Source of the DNA: Euprymna scolopes
Lineage: Eukaryota
Reading direction: 5' to 3' (one strand)
Assembly (NCBI GenBank): GCA_053919585.1
Contig: CM132785.1
Length of the DNA: 64,000 nucleotides
Of the stretch, positions 15,019 through 28,487 are shown piece after piece. The notes beneath the pieces were generated by a model. That model was not told where the DNA came from. It made no database searches and was given only the letters and a program-made list of their open reading frames with translations. A program made the translations under genes and the position numbers. The stretch's first letter is position 1. Each line of letters begins with the position of its first letter.

Positions 15019-18000
15019 GAAAAGGGTAGCTGTAAATACAATGTTATATACTTATCTAACCTTCAACATCGGTTTCCATTTTTGGAAGTGCTTCACGGGC
15101 GTCTTTCAAGTCAAGTTCAAGTTCTGGATATTGGGCTTTCTCGGCTTCCAAAATAAGTTTCTCGAGTGCGGGTCTATCATTGTTCTTCATAGCTAACTTC
15201 ATTTGGGCACGTAGGTCTTCAGGGGGCATCAATTCGATTGTAACATCTATATAAAATCATTCGTTTTTTAGCTTAATATTAGAACTAAATAATACACATA
15301 CTGCATTAGAAATCTTTGTTAGACATATTGCTATACAATGAAATATAGACATCTCTACGGTTTTACGATAGAAAATATAAAAGTGTGCATATTGATTGTC
15401 ATTTTTATATTAACTTTATTATTTATTAATAATATATGAATAACACATATATGCTCGTATGTGTGAAAATTAAGAACATTTAACTCATTTATTTAACAAA
15501 TAAATCATTTTTTGTTTTATTTTTATGAAGAATTCAATTTAAATGCGAATATATTTATATATTCATTTTTAACTTCTAATGAAGTCGGGTAAATACCATG
15601 CTTTTGGTTTAATGAACGTTTGCTGCTTTATAATCTCCAAATTTTTCTCTCGTGTGATGCAGTATCAAAATGAATATTAAATTATAGAATGTTGGAAATC
15701 AAAGCAACTTATATTTTCTTCAGTTATACGTTTGGTATTATATTCGGTGACTGTTATAATAATAATTTATTAATATGAAATTTTAAAATAGCGAACCTTT
15801 ATCCTTTTTCTTCTTGGAGAAGAGTCCAAAGCTAGGCATTTTGATATTCAGGTCGGGGAACGACATAGATCCTGATAACCGAAATATTATATTTTTAGAG
15901 AAATACAAAACAGAATACGATTAATCGATAATAGGATAATAAATGCAATTTATATTGATTTAAAAAACAAATTGAAAGAATTAATTGATTTTCAGTAGTA
16001 CAAATTACATTGTTTACTATTATTATAAGAAGTTACACTCAGTTAAGTATGCAATAAAAAAAATTCTAACGCATTTAAAATTTTAAATTATCGTCCAAAA
16101 ATTAAATTCTGTAAAAATATTGAAGAAATTATAATTCGTGGCAATGCGAATATGAAGTGCAATCTGTTTTTTCAGCTGGTGAGTGTGAATAATAGACACA
16201 AACCTCTGTCACTTTCTTCCAGATTATCCAGATGTAATCTGGCTTCTTGGATAGTCGGCATTAATGCAGGGTGTCCGTAACTGACACATTCGTCTATCAC
16301 TTTCGCCAGAAATTCTGGATTGTTCTCCCTGATTGCACCCTTTAGTTTCAGTTGAAGGTCATCCACACTCAGTTTTCCTGACGAGCAAATAGGAGCTTTG
16401 ATTAGTACGGTAGTACTTTTCCCAAGAGAACTAAATTCAAAATTAATTACTGAAATTGAATTGGTATTTTTGCTAGTGTTCTTCAATATGTAAAAGGTGA
16501 GGTGATAATTGTATTTCTAGATAATATTTTAAAGATGTACAACACTTATTTGAATATGACAAATATGTAGATTTCAATAGATTATTTATAAAATAACAGA
16601 AATTTGTATTGTAAAGTTTTCGATATGTCAGTAGATACCTATTATATTACAGTTAATAGTTGGGAGTAATAATAATGATGGGCAAATTCATGTAGCATAT
16701 GTAATTAAACACACATGGAGAATTCCATGTTTAGAACTTGTTGGATATTGATAAATATTTAGAAAATAATAAAATTTAAATATATTTTGATCGAAGTCAG
16801 CAGAACTTTACGTATCTCAGTTTTGCACTGTTCTGGAATATTTAAAAAATTGATAAATTAAAAAAGTTATTTTATTATTAACTTGAAAAATACTAACCTC
16901 CACGACCAAAGCCCATACCGTCCAGAGTGTCTCTAGCCAAATTGAGATCGAGAGCTAGTTCCGGAAATCCGGCTTCCTCGCATTCAATGATTGCTTTTTC
17001 CAATTGAAGTTTGTCTTTGTTATTGATTGCTGCTCTCAGTTGGCCACGAAGAAAGTCCGGTGTTTTAAGATCTGATCAATGTAATTAATTATAAATTATG
17101 TTTCCGAAGTGATAATATGATTTTAATGTAGTTGATAAGCAATTATAATTTTGCAATGGTAATATGATACTAATATTACTTTGTAAATTCATTCTAGAAT
17201 CTTTTAATTATTTCGTGGATGCAATTTCAATTTATAAACTTTACATCATATTTAAAGACGAATGAATCATTTAGGCACATTAGTTTACTTGTAAAGATGC
17301 TAGACATATCATATTTTAACGTTTTCTAGTTGTTGAACTGTTTCTATAATTTATTTGAACTTATTGATCATGTGGATTATATGAGAAAAATCATATTCGT
17401 AAGTTGATTAATAAATAAGTACAATATTAGCACTAATAAATGATTTTTTTTTAATTCTGTTGTCACAAAATTACATAATTTTATACTTGTATTGATATAA
17501 GTGCACACGTTTAATGTTACGAAATAACTAAGAAAGTATCCGAATATGCTAGAGACTTTTGTATTCAAATGTATATTCTAACCTCCTTTTCCGCCTTCCA
17601 GTTTGAATAAGGCAACTCGAGACTTGTGTATATCGGCATCGAGTCCAGGAAGACCGAGGCTGATGCTTTCTTTAATGGTTGCATCCAAAAGTTTCTTATC
17701 TTTTGCTTTCAATGCTGCTTTATGTCGTTCACGAATGTCGTCCGCAGAAATATCTCCTAATAATTGGAAGTCGATTAATATAAACATGTGAAAGTAAATT
17801 TCGTCAAATCATTTAGTCTTTGAGCGAAAAAAAGGATATCTATTAAAATACGTTTAGAGATGTTTTGTCTTCATAATATTTATGGTTAAGAATTTTAAAA
17901 GAAATTTGAAAATAAAATTATTCATGTAAAATATATCGATTAATTTTTAGAGATGTTATATTGTAGTAATTAAAATTATTTATATTATTGAAATGAGTTG

Positions 18001-21000
18001 TTTTATTACAATATAGTTTGAAAATATTAATACTTATATTATATAATCTTATTTTGTTCTAACCTCCATATCCGCCTCCCAATTTGAAGAGTGCTTCGCG
18101 GGCCTCACAAAGATCGAACGCCAACTCTGGATACTTAGCTTCCTCAGCAATGTCAATAAGTTGTTCTAATTTCGGTCGGTCGTTGTTCTTCACAGCTAAG
18201 CGCAGTTGGTCACGCAATGTTTCTGGTGTCAAATCATCCAGAGATATGTCTATTCAAAGTTAGATAGCGATAATCAGAAAATAATTCACATCATCTTTAT
18301 AAACTAAAATGCGAAATAGTGTCGAATATTGTATAAATTATAAGAATGGTAAATGTATTTCAAATATCAAATTGTTTACATTTCAGTTTTGTTTAATGAA
18401 GGTTTTCCTTCTAAGTGGAATTAAATATATTTAACATATCATTGATGTATATATCATTAGCATATCATTGTGTATATCTTTATCATATCATTGATATATA
18501 TAATCAGAATGTATATCATTTTAGAACGTTAGGATTATAACGAAAGATTTTATGTGTAGTCAATAAATTCATGTGTAAAATTACGTAATATTTACTAATA
18601 TTCGTATAAAACTTGTTTTAAAAAATTATGTTAAATCACTTAATATATATTATTATATCTTTACTAATCAATATCATAAATATTAGTAATGTTTAGATTT
18701 ACTTAAATAAATAAAATTGTGCGAACCTGTATCTCCATATTTCTTACGGAATAGACTGAACTTTGGAAGTTTCATTCCGAATTTTGGAAACGACCAGGAT
18801 CCTGGTATTCAGAATGTAATAACATAATAAAACAATGAGACCAATACATTAAATATTTACATTATTTTTTGTTGTTTATTTAATAAGCACAACTGTTACG
18901 TTTTTTCTGTATTCGATAAATTAAGATAATATATAAATTATGAAAACAATGCTCAATATCTATATAAATGCATGCTGTGTACTAAGACGAGCTAATGATT
19001 ATAAAATTATTGAAATAGATATCCACGATATTAAAGTAAGATGCTTTAAATAAGTCTAAACTTTTTCTAGTTTAGACATGTTGATATATAAATATTAGAT
19101 GTGCTGATATAAAATATATCATTGCTTCATCGTAATAAATGAAGAATATACAGTTCAAAGAAAAAAATGTTTTGCTGTTAAAACTTTATCAGACTATGAA
19201 TCAATTTTCCAATTATTATGTCCAATAATTAGCTAACCTTCAACGTCCGCTTCCATTTTTGGAAGTGCTGCACGGGCTTCTTTCAGATCAAGTTCAAGTT
19301 CTGGATACTGGGCTTCTTCGGCTTCCAGAATAAGCTTTTCAAGTGCGGATCTATCATTGTTTTTCATTGCTAACTGCATTTGGTAACGTAGATCTTCAGG
19401 GGACATCAATTCAATTGTAGCATCTATATAAAATCATTCAGCATTAGAAACTACACGATATATATAGAGTAATGTAAAACTGCAATCTGCAGTATATATG
19501 TTTGCAGTTATTTTAATTAATTAAAAAATCTAAAATTTACAAATAATTTTATTGTTTAGTTCTCACGTTCGTTTAGATAACTTCTGACATTTTTATCTTA
19601 TAAACCTTATAGTTGTATTATATATGTACATGTCATATTCATACTTGACAATTTTGTCGTCTTCTCATCTGCATAGACAAATGATATGTATTATATATAA
19701 AGATGCACTGTTTTAAAACACGCTATATCAGTCATCAGTAGAATTCACACTACAGTTTAGGCAACTTGAACGTGGATATAATGCCATTATTCCTTAAATT
19801 GATACAAGAACAATGATATTGTATGTGTATAGCTTTTGTTTAAATCGTTTAATCTCTATTGTAATAAATCTTCTCTGGAACATGCCAGATATATGTATAC
19901 AAGGTTTTAGCTTCAGAGATTAGTATTTTACTTTGATAATAATATTTTAGCTTATGAAACATACAAAATAGCGAACCTTTTTCTTTCTTCTTCTTTGAAA
20001 AGAGTCCAAAGCTGGGCATTTGGATATTGATATCGGGGAACGAGAAAGATCCTGATAACCAAAATAATAATATTTTAAATTATGCAGTATAAACGAAAAC
20101 GAATAGAATGATCATTTACGTAATTTTATAAGTCATGCTATTATGAAATATTTTTAGTTAATTATGTATTCAATTATATAAATATATTTTTCAATCATTA
20201 TAAAAATGAATAATTCTCAGTTATAAATTTAATAAAAACAATTAAACTTAATCGCAAAAACAGAATTCTGGTTATGAGTAATGTAATTTTTATTTTGTTA
20301 AATATTGAAGTATTTATACTGTGAAGCAACAGATATATAAGTTTTTGCCAATTTGGGTATGTTAATTATTATAACAAACCTTTGCCGCTTTCCTTCAGAT
20401 TTTCCAGATGTAATCTGGCTTCTTGTATTGTTGGCATAAGTTCTGGGTGTCCGTAACTGACACATTCGTCGATCACTTTCGCCAAAAGCTCGGGATCGTT
20501 TTCCTTGATTGCACCCTTTAGTTTCAGTTTAAGATCATCTACACTCACTTTTCCTGACAAACAAATGATAATAATGCCAACAATATTACGACTTATGTCA
20601 CCATAAGGGAATTTAGTCCAGGTTATAAAGAGGAAATCGGTCATTTTCATATTGAAAAATGGAGGGCATAAAAAAAACAAATTGGTATATTTTTAAATTG
20701 TAGAAAGAAGTAATTATTCTTATAAGAAGAAATGAAAAAAGATTTGCAATGTTATATTTAATATCAATAAATATTTATCATTCTTACAAGATAATATTTT
20801 ATTATAAACATTATAATTACTAATTATTATGGTCTATAAAATTTGGCATAAACGAGTAAATTCGCATTCGGGTTTTATTACAGATACATAGAGAAACATA
20901 CGTTAAGAGAATTTATCATAAATTTCGAATATACTAACCTCCACGACCAAAGCCCATACCGTCTAGTGTGTCTCTGGCCAAATTAAGATCGAGAGCAAGT

Positions 21001-23667
21001 TCCGGGAATTCTGCTTCCTCGCATTCAATGATGGCTTTTTCCAATTGAAGCCTATCTTTGTTTTTGATTGCTACCCTCAGTTGGTCACGAAGAAAGTCCG
21101 GTGTTTTAAGATCTGATTAATGTAATTAATTAGCAATTATGATTTTGCGATTGTAGTATGGTTTAAGTTTACTTCATGTTTATTCGAGAATGTTAAATAT
21201 TCAATGACTATTAATCATAAAATTTCCGTTAAGCATTTTAATACATGTTTGAAATATAATTTTTATGGGACGTTTTTAGAGGAAGCGAACTTTAAATTAA
21301 ACTAAATCACAAAAAAAATATTTTAACGTACAAAATAGTTTATTAAACAAATATGTGTTTTATTCTAAAGATACATTTTTGGAATTTACGATATATAATT
21401 TCCAGACCTGTAATTAAATTAAATAAATTTTCTAATTCAAATTTCGATTGTATTTATAATATATGCAAACATCTTCAATTATATTTTTGGGAAAAAGAAT
21501 TATTAGTTATTATTAAGTAAATATATAAATTAAATAATAGGCTTATAAAATTAATATAAATTACTGGTATATAATCTAATTTTACAAAACAATTCACAAT
21601 ATATTTGAATATGTTAGGGACATTCGTATTCAAATGTGTATTCTAACCTGCTTTGCCGCCTTCCAGTTCTAATAAAGCAACTCTGGACTGGTGAATATCT
21701 GCATCGAGTCCAGGAAGACCGAGGCTGATGCTTTCTTTAATTGTTGCGTCCAAAAGTTTCTTATCTTTTGATTTCAATGCTGCCTTATGGCGTTCACGAA
21801 TGTCGTCCACAGAAATATCTCCTAGTAATTGAAAGTCAATTTATTTTGGAAAATATGATATAATATGAAAGTCAATCAAATTGAGAATATTACATATATT
21901 TCTAAAATTATTTAAGCTCTACATATTTTAAATTTCGATCGATGATATTATATAAAATTAATTATATTGTGTTTTTATATTGTTGCTTTATACATTGTTC
22001 AAATAAATAAATAATAAATTTTTATCAAGCAATAAAAAAAAGGATTTAATTGAATTATTGAAATAAAATGCATTATTTCTACAACAATATTTATATGTTT
22101 TATTCTATTAATAAAATTAACGCATTAATTAAAAATTAATTAAAACTTTTAAAGTATTAAGAAATGAATTATTTTCATTACAATATAATTTTAACATAAT
22201 AATAGTTATAGTAATTAATCATTTTTAATCTAACCTCCATATCCGCCGCCCAATTTGAAGAGTGCTTGGCGAGCATCACAGACATCGAATGCCAATTCTG
22301 GATATTTTGCTTCCTCGGCAATGAGAATAAGGCTTTCTAATTTTGGTCGATTCCTGTTCTTCACAGCTAAGCGCAGTTGCTCCCGTAATATTTCTGGTGT
22401 CAAATCGTCCAGAGGTATTTCTATTTAAAAGCAAATTACGATAATCAGGAAATTATTTTTATCCTCGTGGTTAAAATAGTGCAGATTATTGTCGCATTTT
22501 TATATTTAGTGTCTATGAAAATTGTAAATTATATTGTTTGAATCTTGACACGAATTTTCATATACTGCGTTTCGAGTTTATGTAAATATTTACCGTCCTA
22601 AAATAATCATGAAAACAATGTTTTGTTTCATGAAAATGAAGAGAACTTATAATTTATAATGAATTAATTCATTCATATAATAATCAGACGCATATATATA
22701 ATTCAAAAATATTCAAAGGTATTAACTATAAGTTTTTAAAGCGAGTAAAAAGTTTTCTTTTGTATTTAATATATTAATAAAACATTCGTTAATATTTATT
22801 TTAAAGAATATCTGGATAAATTTATGCGAACCTGTATCTCCATATTTCTTACGGAACAAACTGAACTTTGGACTTTTCATTTCTAATTGCGGAAACGACC
22901 ATGATCCTGCTAACAAAAATTTTTAAATATTGTACAATAATAGAATCAATTATGATACACAATAAAAAAGCTACACATTATTTTAAATGGAGATTTTTAA
23001 GCTTTAAAGTATTTATTAAAAGTAATTAATTTAAATAATACTTAAATAATCATAAAAAGATAAATTTATGGTATAATTGCAATATTACTGTTATCCAATA
23101 AGACATTCTAGATATTCTACAACTAAGTAATAATTATTTAATGGGTATACCCATCAACTAAAAATGTAATATTTTAAATAATATTTTAAAATATGTTTGT
23201 TACTTTATGCATTTTTTACATCAAACATTACGATATTGTTTACTAGAAATAAATGAAAATATTACATATATAAAAGATTTATTATTGAACCGGAAAATAT
23301 AATTATTGTATTTAAAGTTTATATGAAACCAAATTGGTTTGGAAATGAATATGTGCAAACGTGATATCATATACTGAATTAACCTTCAACTTCGTCTCCC
23401 AGTTTTGGAAGTACTTTACGGGCCTGTTCCAGTTCAAATTCAAGTTCTGGATAGTTGGCTCTCTCGGCCTCTAAGATAAACTTCTCTAATAAAGGTGTAT
23501 CTTTGTTCTTGATAGCTAACGATATTCCGTAACGCAAGACGTCGGGGGACCTGGGTTCGTCTGTAACATCTACATAAAATCATTAGGTTATTGTAGCTTA
23601 ATATTAAAAGTTAATGATACAGAAAATAAATACTGGTAAATGTTTAGCATACAAATATTCAATGTAG

Positions 23668-23721
<54 letters not shown>

Positions 23722-26700
23722 ATATATATTGATACATATTGATATATATTGATATATATATATTGATATATGTGTGTATGTTATTCTCTAAATATCACGT
23801 AAATATAGTGAATATTAAATCTTGTTACAAATTATTAATTGTTTTTGTTTCATGACATTAAAGATTATATGAATAATACACAAGATATATTTTGCAAAAC
23901 AACTCATTAGACATTTAATAATACATTACTTTATTTTAATTTGTTTTGATGAGTGAAATTATTTACACTTATTTTCCTTTTAATAACACTGAGTATTATA
24001 AATTCATACCAATGATTTTCAAGATGTTAAGCTTTTTATATAGATTGTCTTTAATATTTCATCATTTTGTAATCGCTTTACAAGAATAGATTTAATGTCT
24101 ATAAAAAACATAATATATGAATCGATGGCCGAATTAACACAATTTAAACAAACATTTTATTAAAGTAAGCTTTGTTTTTAAATGATTATTCGTAATTACC
24201 GAAGTCAAACCGGTTTTAAAGTAATATATTTCGTCAAAATGCAAGAACGTCCAAAACACAAATCGTCCCAAATGGCAAATATCCGAACTATATTCAAAAG
24301 TAAGCAATCTCTCGACGGTATGACATTAAAAATATTTTTTTAATTTTAGATCATGAAGTTTATGTTTGTTATAATAATGAAGATATTGAGAGTAAATTTT
24401 AAAATATCAAACCTTTGTCTTCTTTCTTCTTAGAGAAGAGTTCAAAGCTGGTAATTTTGATAGGGAATGACATGGATCCTGATAACCAAAATAATAGTTT
24501 TTTTTTACAAAAACAATATGGCTAATAGATTAAAATAAGTAATCGTTTAGTTTTAAAAAAACTCATGCAATTAATTATTTTTTATAATATAAGGATATAA
24601 ATATTTTACGATCTTTATCAAAAATGAATTCCGCTCATTTGGGAATTTAAATAAAACTATAATTAAACCGAAAATGAAAATATGACTTATTCATTAAAAA
24701 TGCAATATAAATGTCGTAAAAATATTGAAGGAATTATACATTATTGCGATAAAAAAAGTTAAGTTTTTTCCCAGTTTATTTTTATAAATATTTAGTGTGT
24801 CTGCATAATCTGAACAAACCTTCGTCGCTTTCTTTCAGAGTATCCAGATGTAATCTGGCTTCTTGGATAGTTGGCATAAGTTCTGGATGTCCGTAACTGA
24901 CACATTCATCAATAACTTTCTCCAGAAGATCTGGTTTGTTTTCCTTGATTGCCCCCTTTAGTTTTATTTGAAGATCATTTACACTCAATTTTCCTGACAA
25001 GCAAATAATACCAATGTCAATGATATAAACACTTATCCGATAAGAAAGAATAAATAAATTATTAAATTTGGTATTGTAAAACGGTAGTTATCATGAGAAA
25101 ATATAATGAGGTAATTCGAAATGTCGGTTTACATTCAACAAGTTGTTTAGGAACAATTATTTATACAAAAAGTTTATTTGTTGATTTGTCAAATTACATA
25201 ATAAATAACACAGTCATGTATAATGGTATATATTTACCTTATATTAATGAATATCTACTATTCTTACACATTAATGTTTAAGTATAATCTTTATTTTAAG
25301 CAATTAATTTTAGTTTATGTAATTTAGCATAGCGTATTATTTACTCTTCGTGTTTTGTTAAATATAAGTAGATACATAGATACTTAAAAAAACGAATGAT
25401 TTACAATATTTGGAGAAAATAAATCAATATTTAAACAAACCAATTAGCCTATTCTTAAAAAGTTATACGTATTGATAGATTAAGATACTAACCTCCGCGA
25501 CCAAAGCCCATGTTGTTTAGCGTGTCTCTGGCCAAGTTTAGATCAAGAGAAAGTTCTGGAAAACCGGCCCCTTCACATTCAATAATGGCCTTTTCCAATT
25601 GCCCACGGTCTTTGTTTTGGATAGCTGCTCTCAGTTGGCCACGGTGAAAGTCTGGTGTTTTCAGTTCTGATTAACGCAATAATTTATAAATTAAAATATA
25701 CTCCTTTATGATAATTTCGGAACATGAATTATTATTTATATAGATACTTTATGTTCGTTACTTTCTCAAGTGAAATCAATTATAATTTTTAATTAGTTAT
25801 TAATTCTAATAATACTTTAAGACATTCATTAATGTTTACGTAGTAATTATACAGATCTTATTTTTCTAATACTTTAAAACAGGGTAAATGGCAAAATTGA
25901 TATTTTATTAGAATATCCAATATAATATGAGGTCTTGGATATGACCTAAAATTATATCCGATGGTGAGGCCCCACCTTGCGGGCCTTGGGAAGTATGGAG
26001 CCACCCTTTAATTGCCATTGCTCCCAGGTCCACTCTGACCCGGAGTGTTAGTACCTGTTAGGGTCCCAACTATGGGTTAAATAGAATCCGACTTAAAAAC
26101 AAATATACTCCATTAAAAATCGTTCCTCAAAATAACTAGATTCAGCATTAAATAACCTGAAAAAGGTATATATGCCATAAAACAACCAACCAACCAACCA
26201 ATATAATATAATATATCATTCGATTATAATATGAAAATGTAACTAAATTCAATAGTTAAATGGTATTCATTATAATTTTATTAACTAATTAAAGCTTATT
26301 CTCTAACCTCCTTTTCCGCCTTCCAATTCAAATAAGGCAAGTCTGGATTTGTGGATATCGACATCAAGACCGGGAAGGCCGGCAAATATACTTTCTTTGA
26401 TGGTTGCATCTAAAAATTCTTTGTCGTCTGATTTAATCGCCTCATTATGTCGTTCACGCAATGTATCCAAGGAGATATTTCCTGAATATCGAAATGTTAT
26501 TTTAATTAATACATTTATTTCAAGGATATTATACAATCTTAGTCGTTTTGGTAAATGTAAATTTAACGTTATTTCAAGAATTATTATGTTGTACTTTACT
26601 TTATCTGTATTTGTTTAATATTTACATAGATGATGATGCATGCATTTATGTTCTAAAATTTGAATATATTTGACGATAATGAACAATATTAATGTTCATT

Positions 26701-28418
26701 ATAATTAGAAATTTAATTTTAGTAAAACCATTTATAAAAGCGTGCAACTACTCGCTTAATGTTTGACTATACATAGTTTAAGATGATATATCTAACCTCC
26801 GTATCCTCCACCCAATATGAAGAGTGTTTCGCGGGCATCACGAAGATCAAACGCCACTTCTGGATATTTGGCTTCTTCTGCAAGTTCAATAAGTCTTTCT
26901 AACATAGGTCGATTATTGTTCTTCACGGCTATTTGCAGCTGATCACGCAATATTTCCGGTGTCATGTCATCCAGAGGGATATCTACAGAAAATCATGTTT
27001 CAATTGTGTTTAAAATTGCGCTTTATAAAAACAGTTCATATTAAATTGAAGAATATGTTAAATTTCTACATTATAGTTGACGGCATTGATGATGATGTAG
27101 CCTGAATAAAAAGTACGTTTTAAATTTAAGAAATAAAATAATTATTGCCTTGTAAATTTCAACATGATAGAATAGATTTATTTTCATTTCTTAAAATTAA
27201 ATTTCATTTACAAGTTTGAAAGTAGATTTTTATTTTAAAATCAAAACGATTACTTTTTCATTTTCAAGTATTAATATATATTTAAGACTTTGTAAACGCA
27301 TAAAATAATTTATATATCGATTAATCATGAAATATGAATATATATTTACAACTTTATAACACCGTATTTATAGTATTGATTACATTGCGGTATTAGGTGT
27401 ATTTCATTTATAACATAGGTATGAAAGTATTTAAGTCAAATAAATAAGCGAAAATATTCAAACCTGTGTCTTTATATTTCTTACGGAAGTGACTGAACTT
27501 TGGACGTTTCACTTGGAATTTTGGAAACGACCATGATCCTGATAATTAAAATTGAGTAATATTTGAATGAAAAACGGAAATCGGATACATTCATGTAAAA
27601 ATTCATTTCATGCAATGCTTTCTTGATTTTATTATAATGAAACCATTCTACGAATTTACAGTTAAATAAATGAATATATATTTCAGTTTTGTGTAATTAT
27701 ATTTTTTTCAGTTTAATTTTGCATGCATTATGTTTCATATGTTTATATTATATTTTATTTATTTATATGATTATGATTAAAGCATTCCAAATATGTTTAT
27801 TTGATTTAAAATTAAACTTAATGAAATAATTATTTTAAGGGAAATATTAATTATTTAATATTGACAAAGAAAAGGAGTTTTAAAAAATCAAAAGCTTATG
27901 GATATATAATTAATTATCATTTAAGATTTAATTGAAAAGCACATCTAAATATGAATCCACACAACCAACCTTTGTCACTTTCTTCCAAAGATGCCAGATG
28001 AATTTTAGCTTCTTGAATATCTGGATTCAGTTCCGGATACCCTGAACTGATACATTCCGTTATAACTTTCTCCAGAAATTCTGGATCGTTTCTCTTGATT
28101 GCACCTTTTAGTTTCAAACGAAGATCGTCTACGCTCAATTCCCCTGACAAACAAAACGTACCAAATGACAACGATGCAATTTGTGTTCAGTTTTTGAAAG
28201 AAGTAGTGACGAGGAAACAGACAGAATAAGTGCGGAGAAGGCAAACCAGACGAAAAAGTGTTAGTAAATGATAAGAAAATCGCAAAGAAAACAGGGAATG
28301 GTCTCATGAGAAAAAACAGAGAACAACGTATGTCTCAACCATGTAATTAATCAATTAGAAAAATATTGACCATCAAGTATCAATTATGAAATCGAATCAA
28401 CAAATAGCTTTCAATAAA

Positions 28419-28487
<69 letters not shown>

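Noticed and set aside
345-21112. Young units being an assembly artefact
   Set aside because: Each copy has distinct substitutions and distinct intron sequence and length. The gap at 14312-14442 could still hide additional units.
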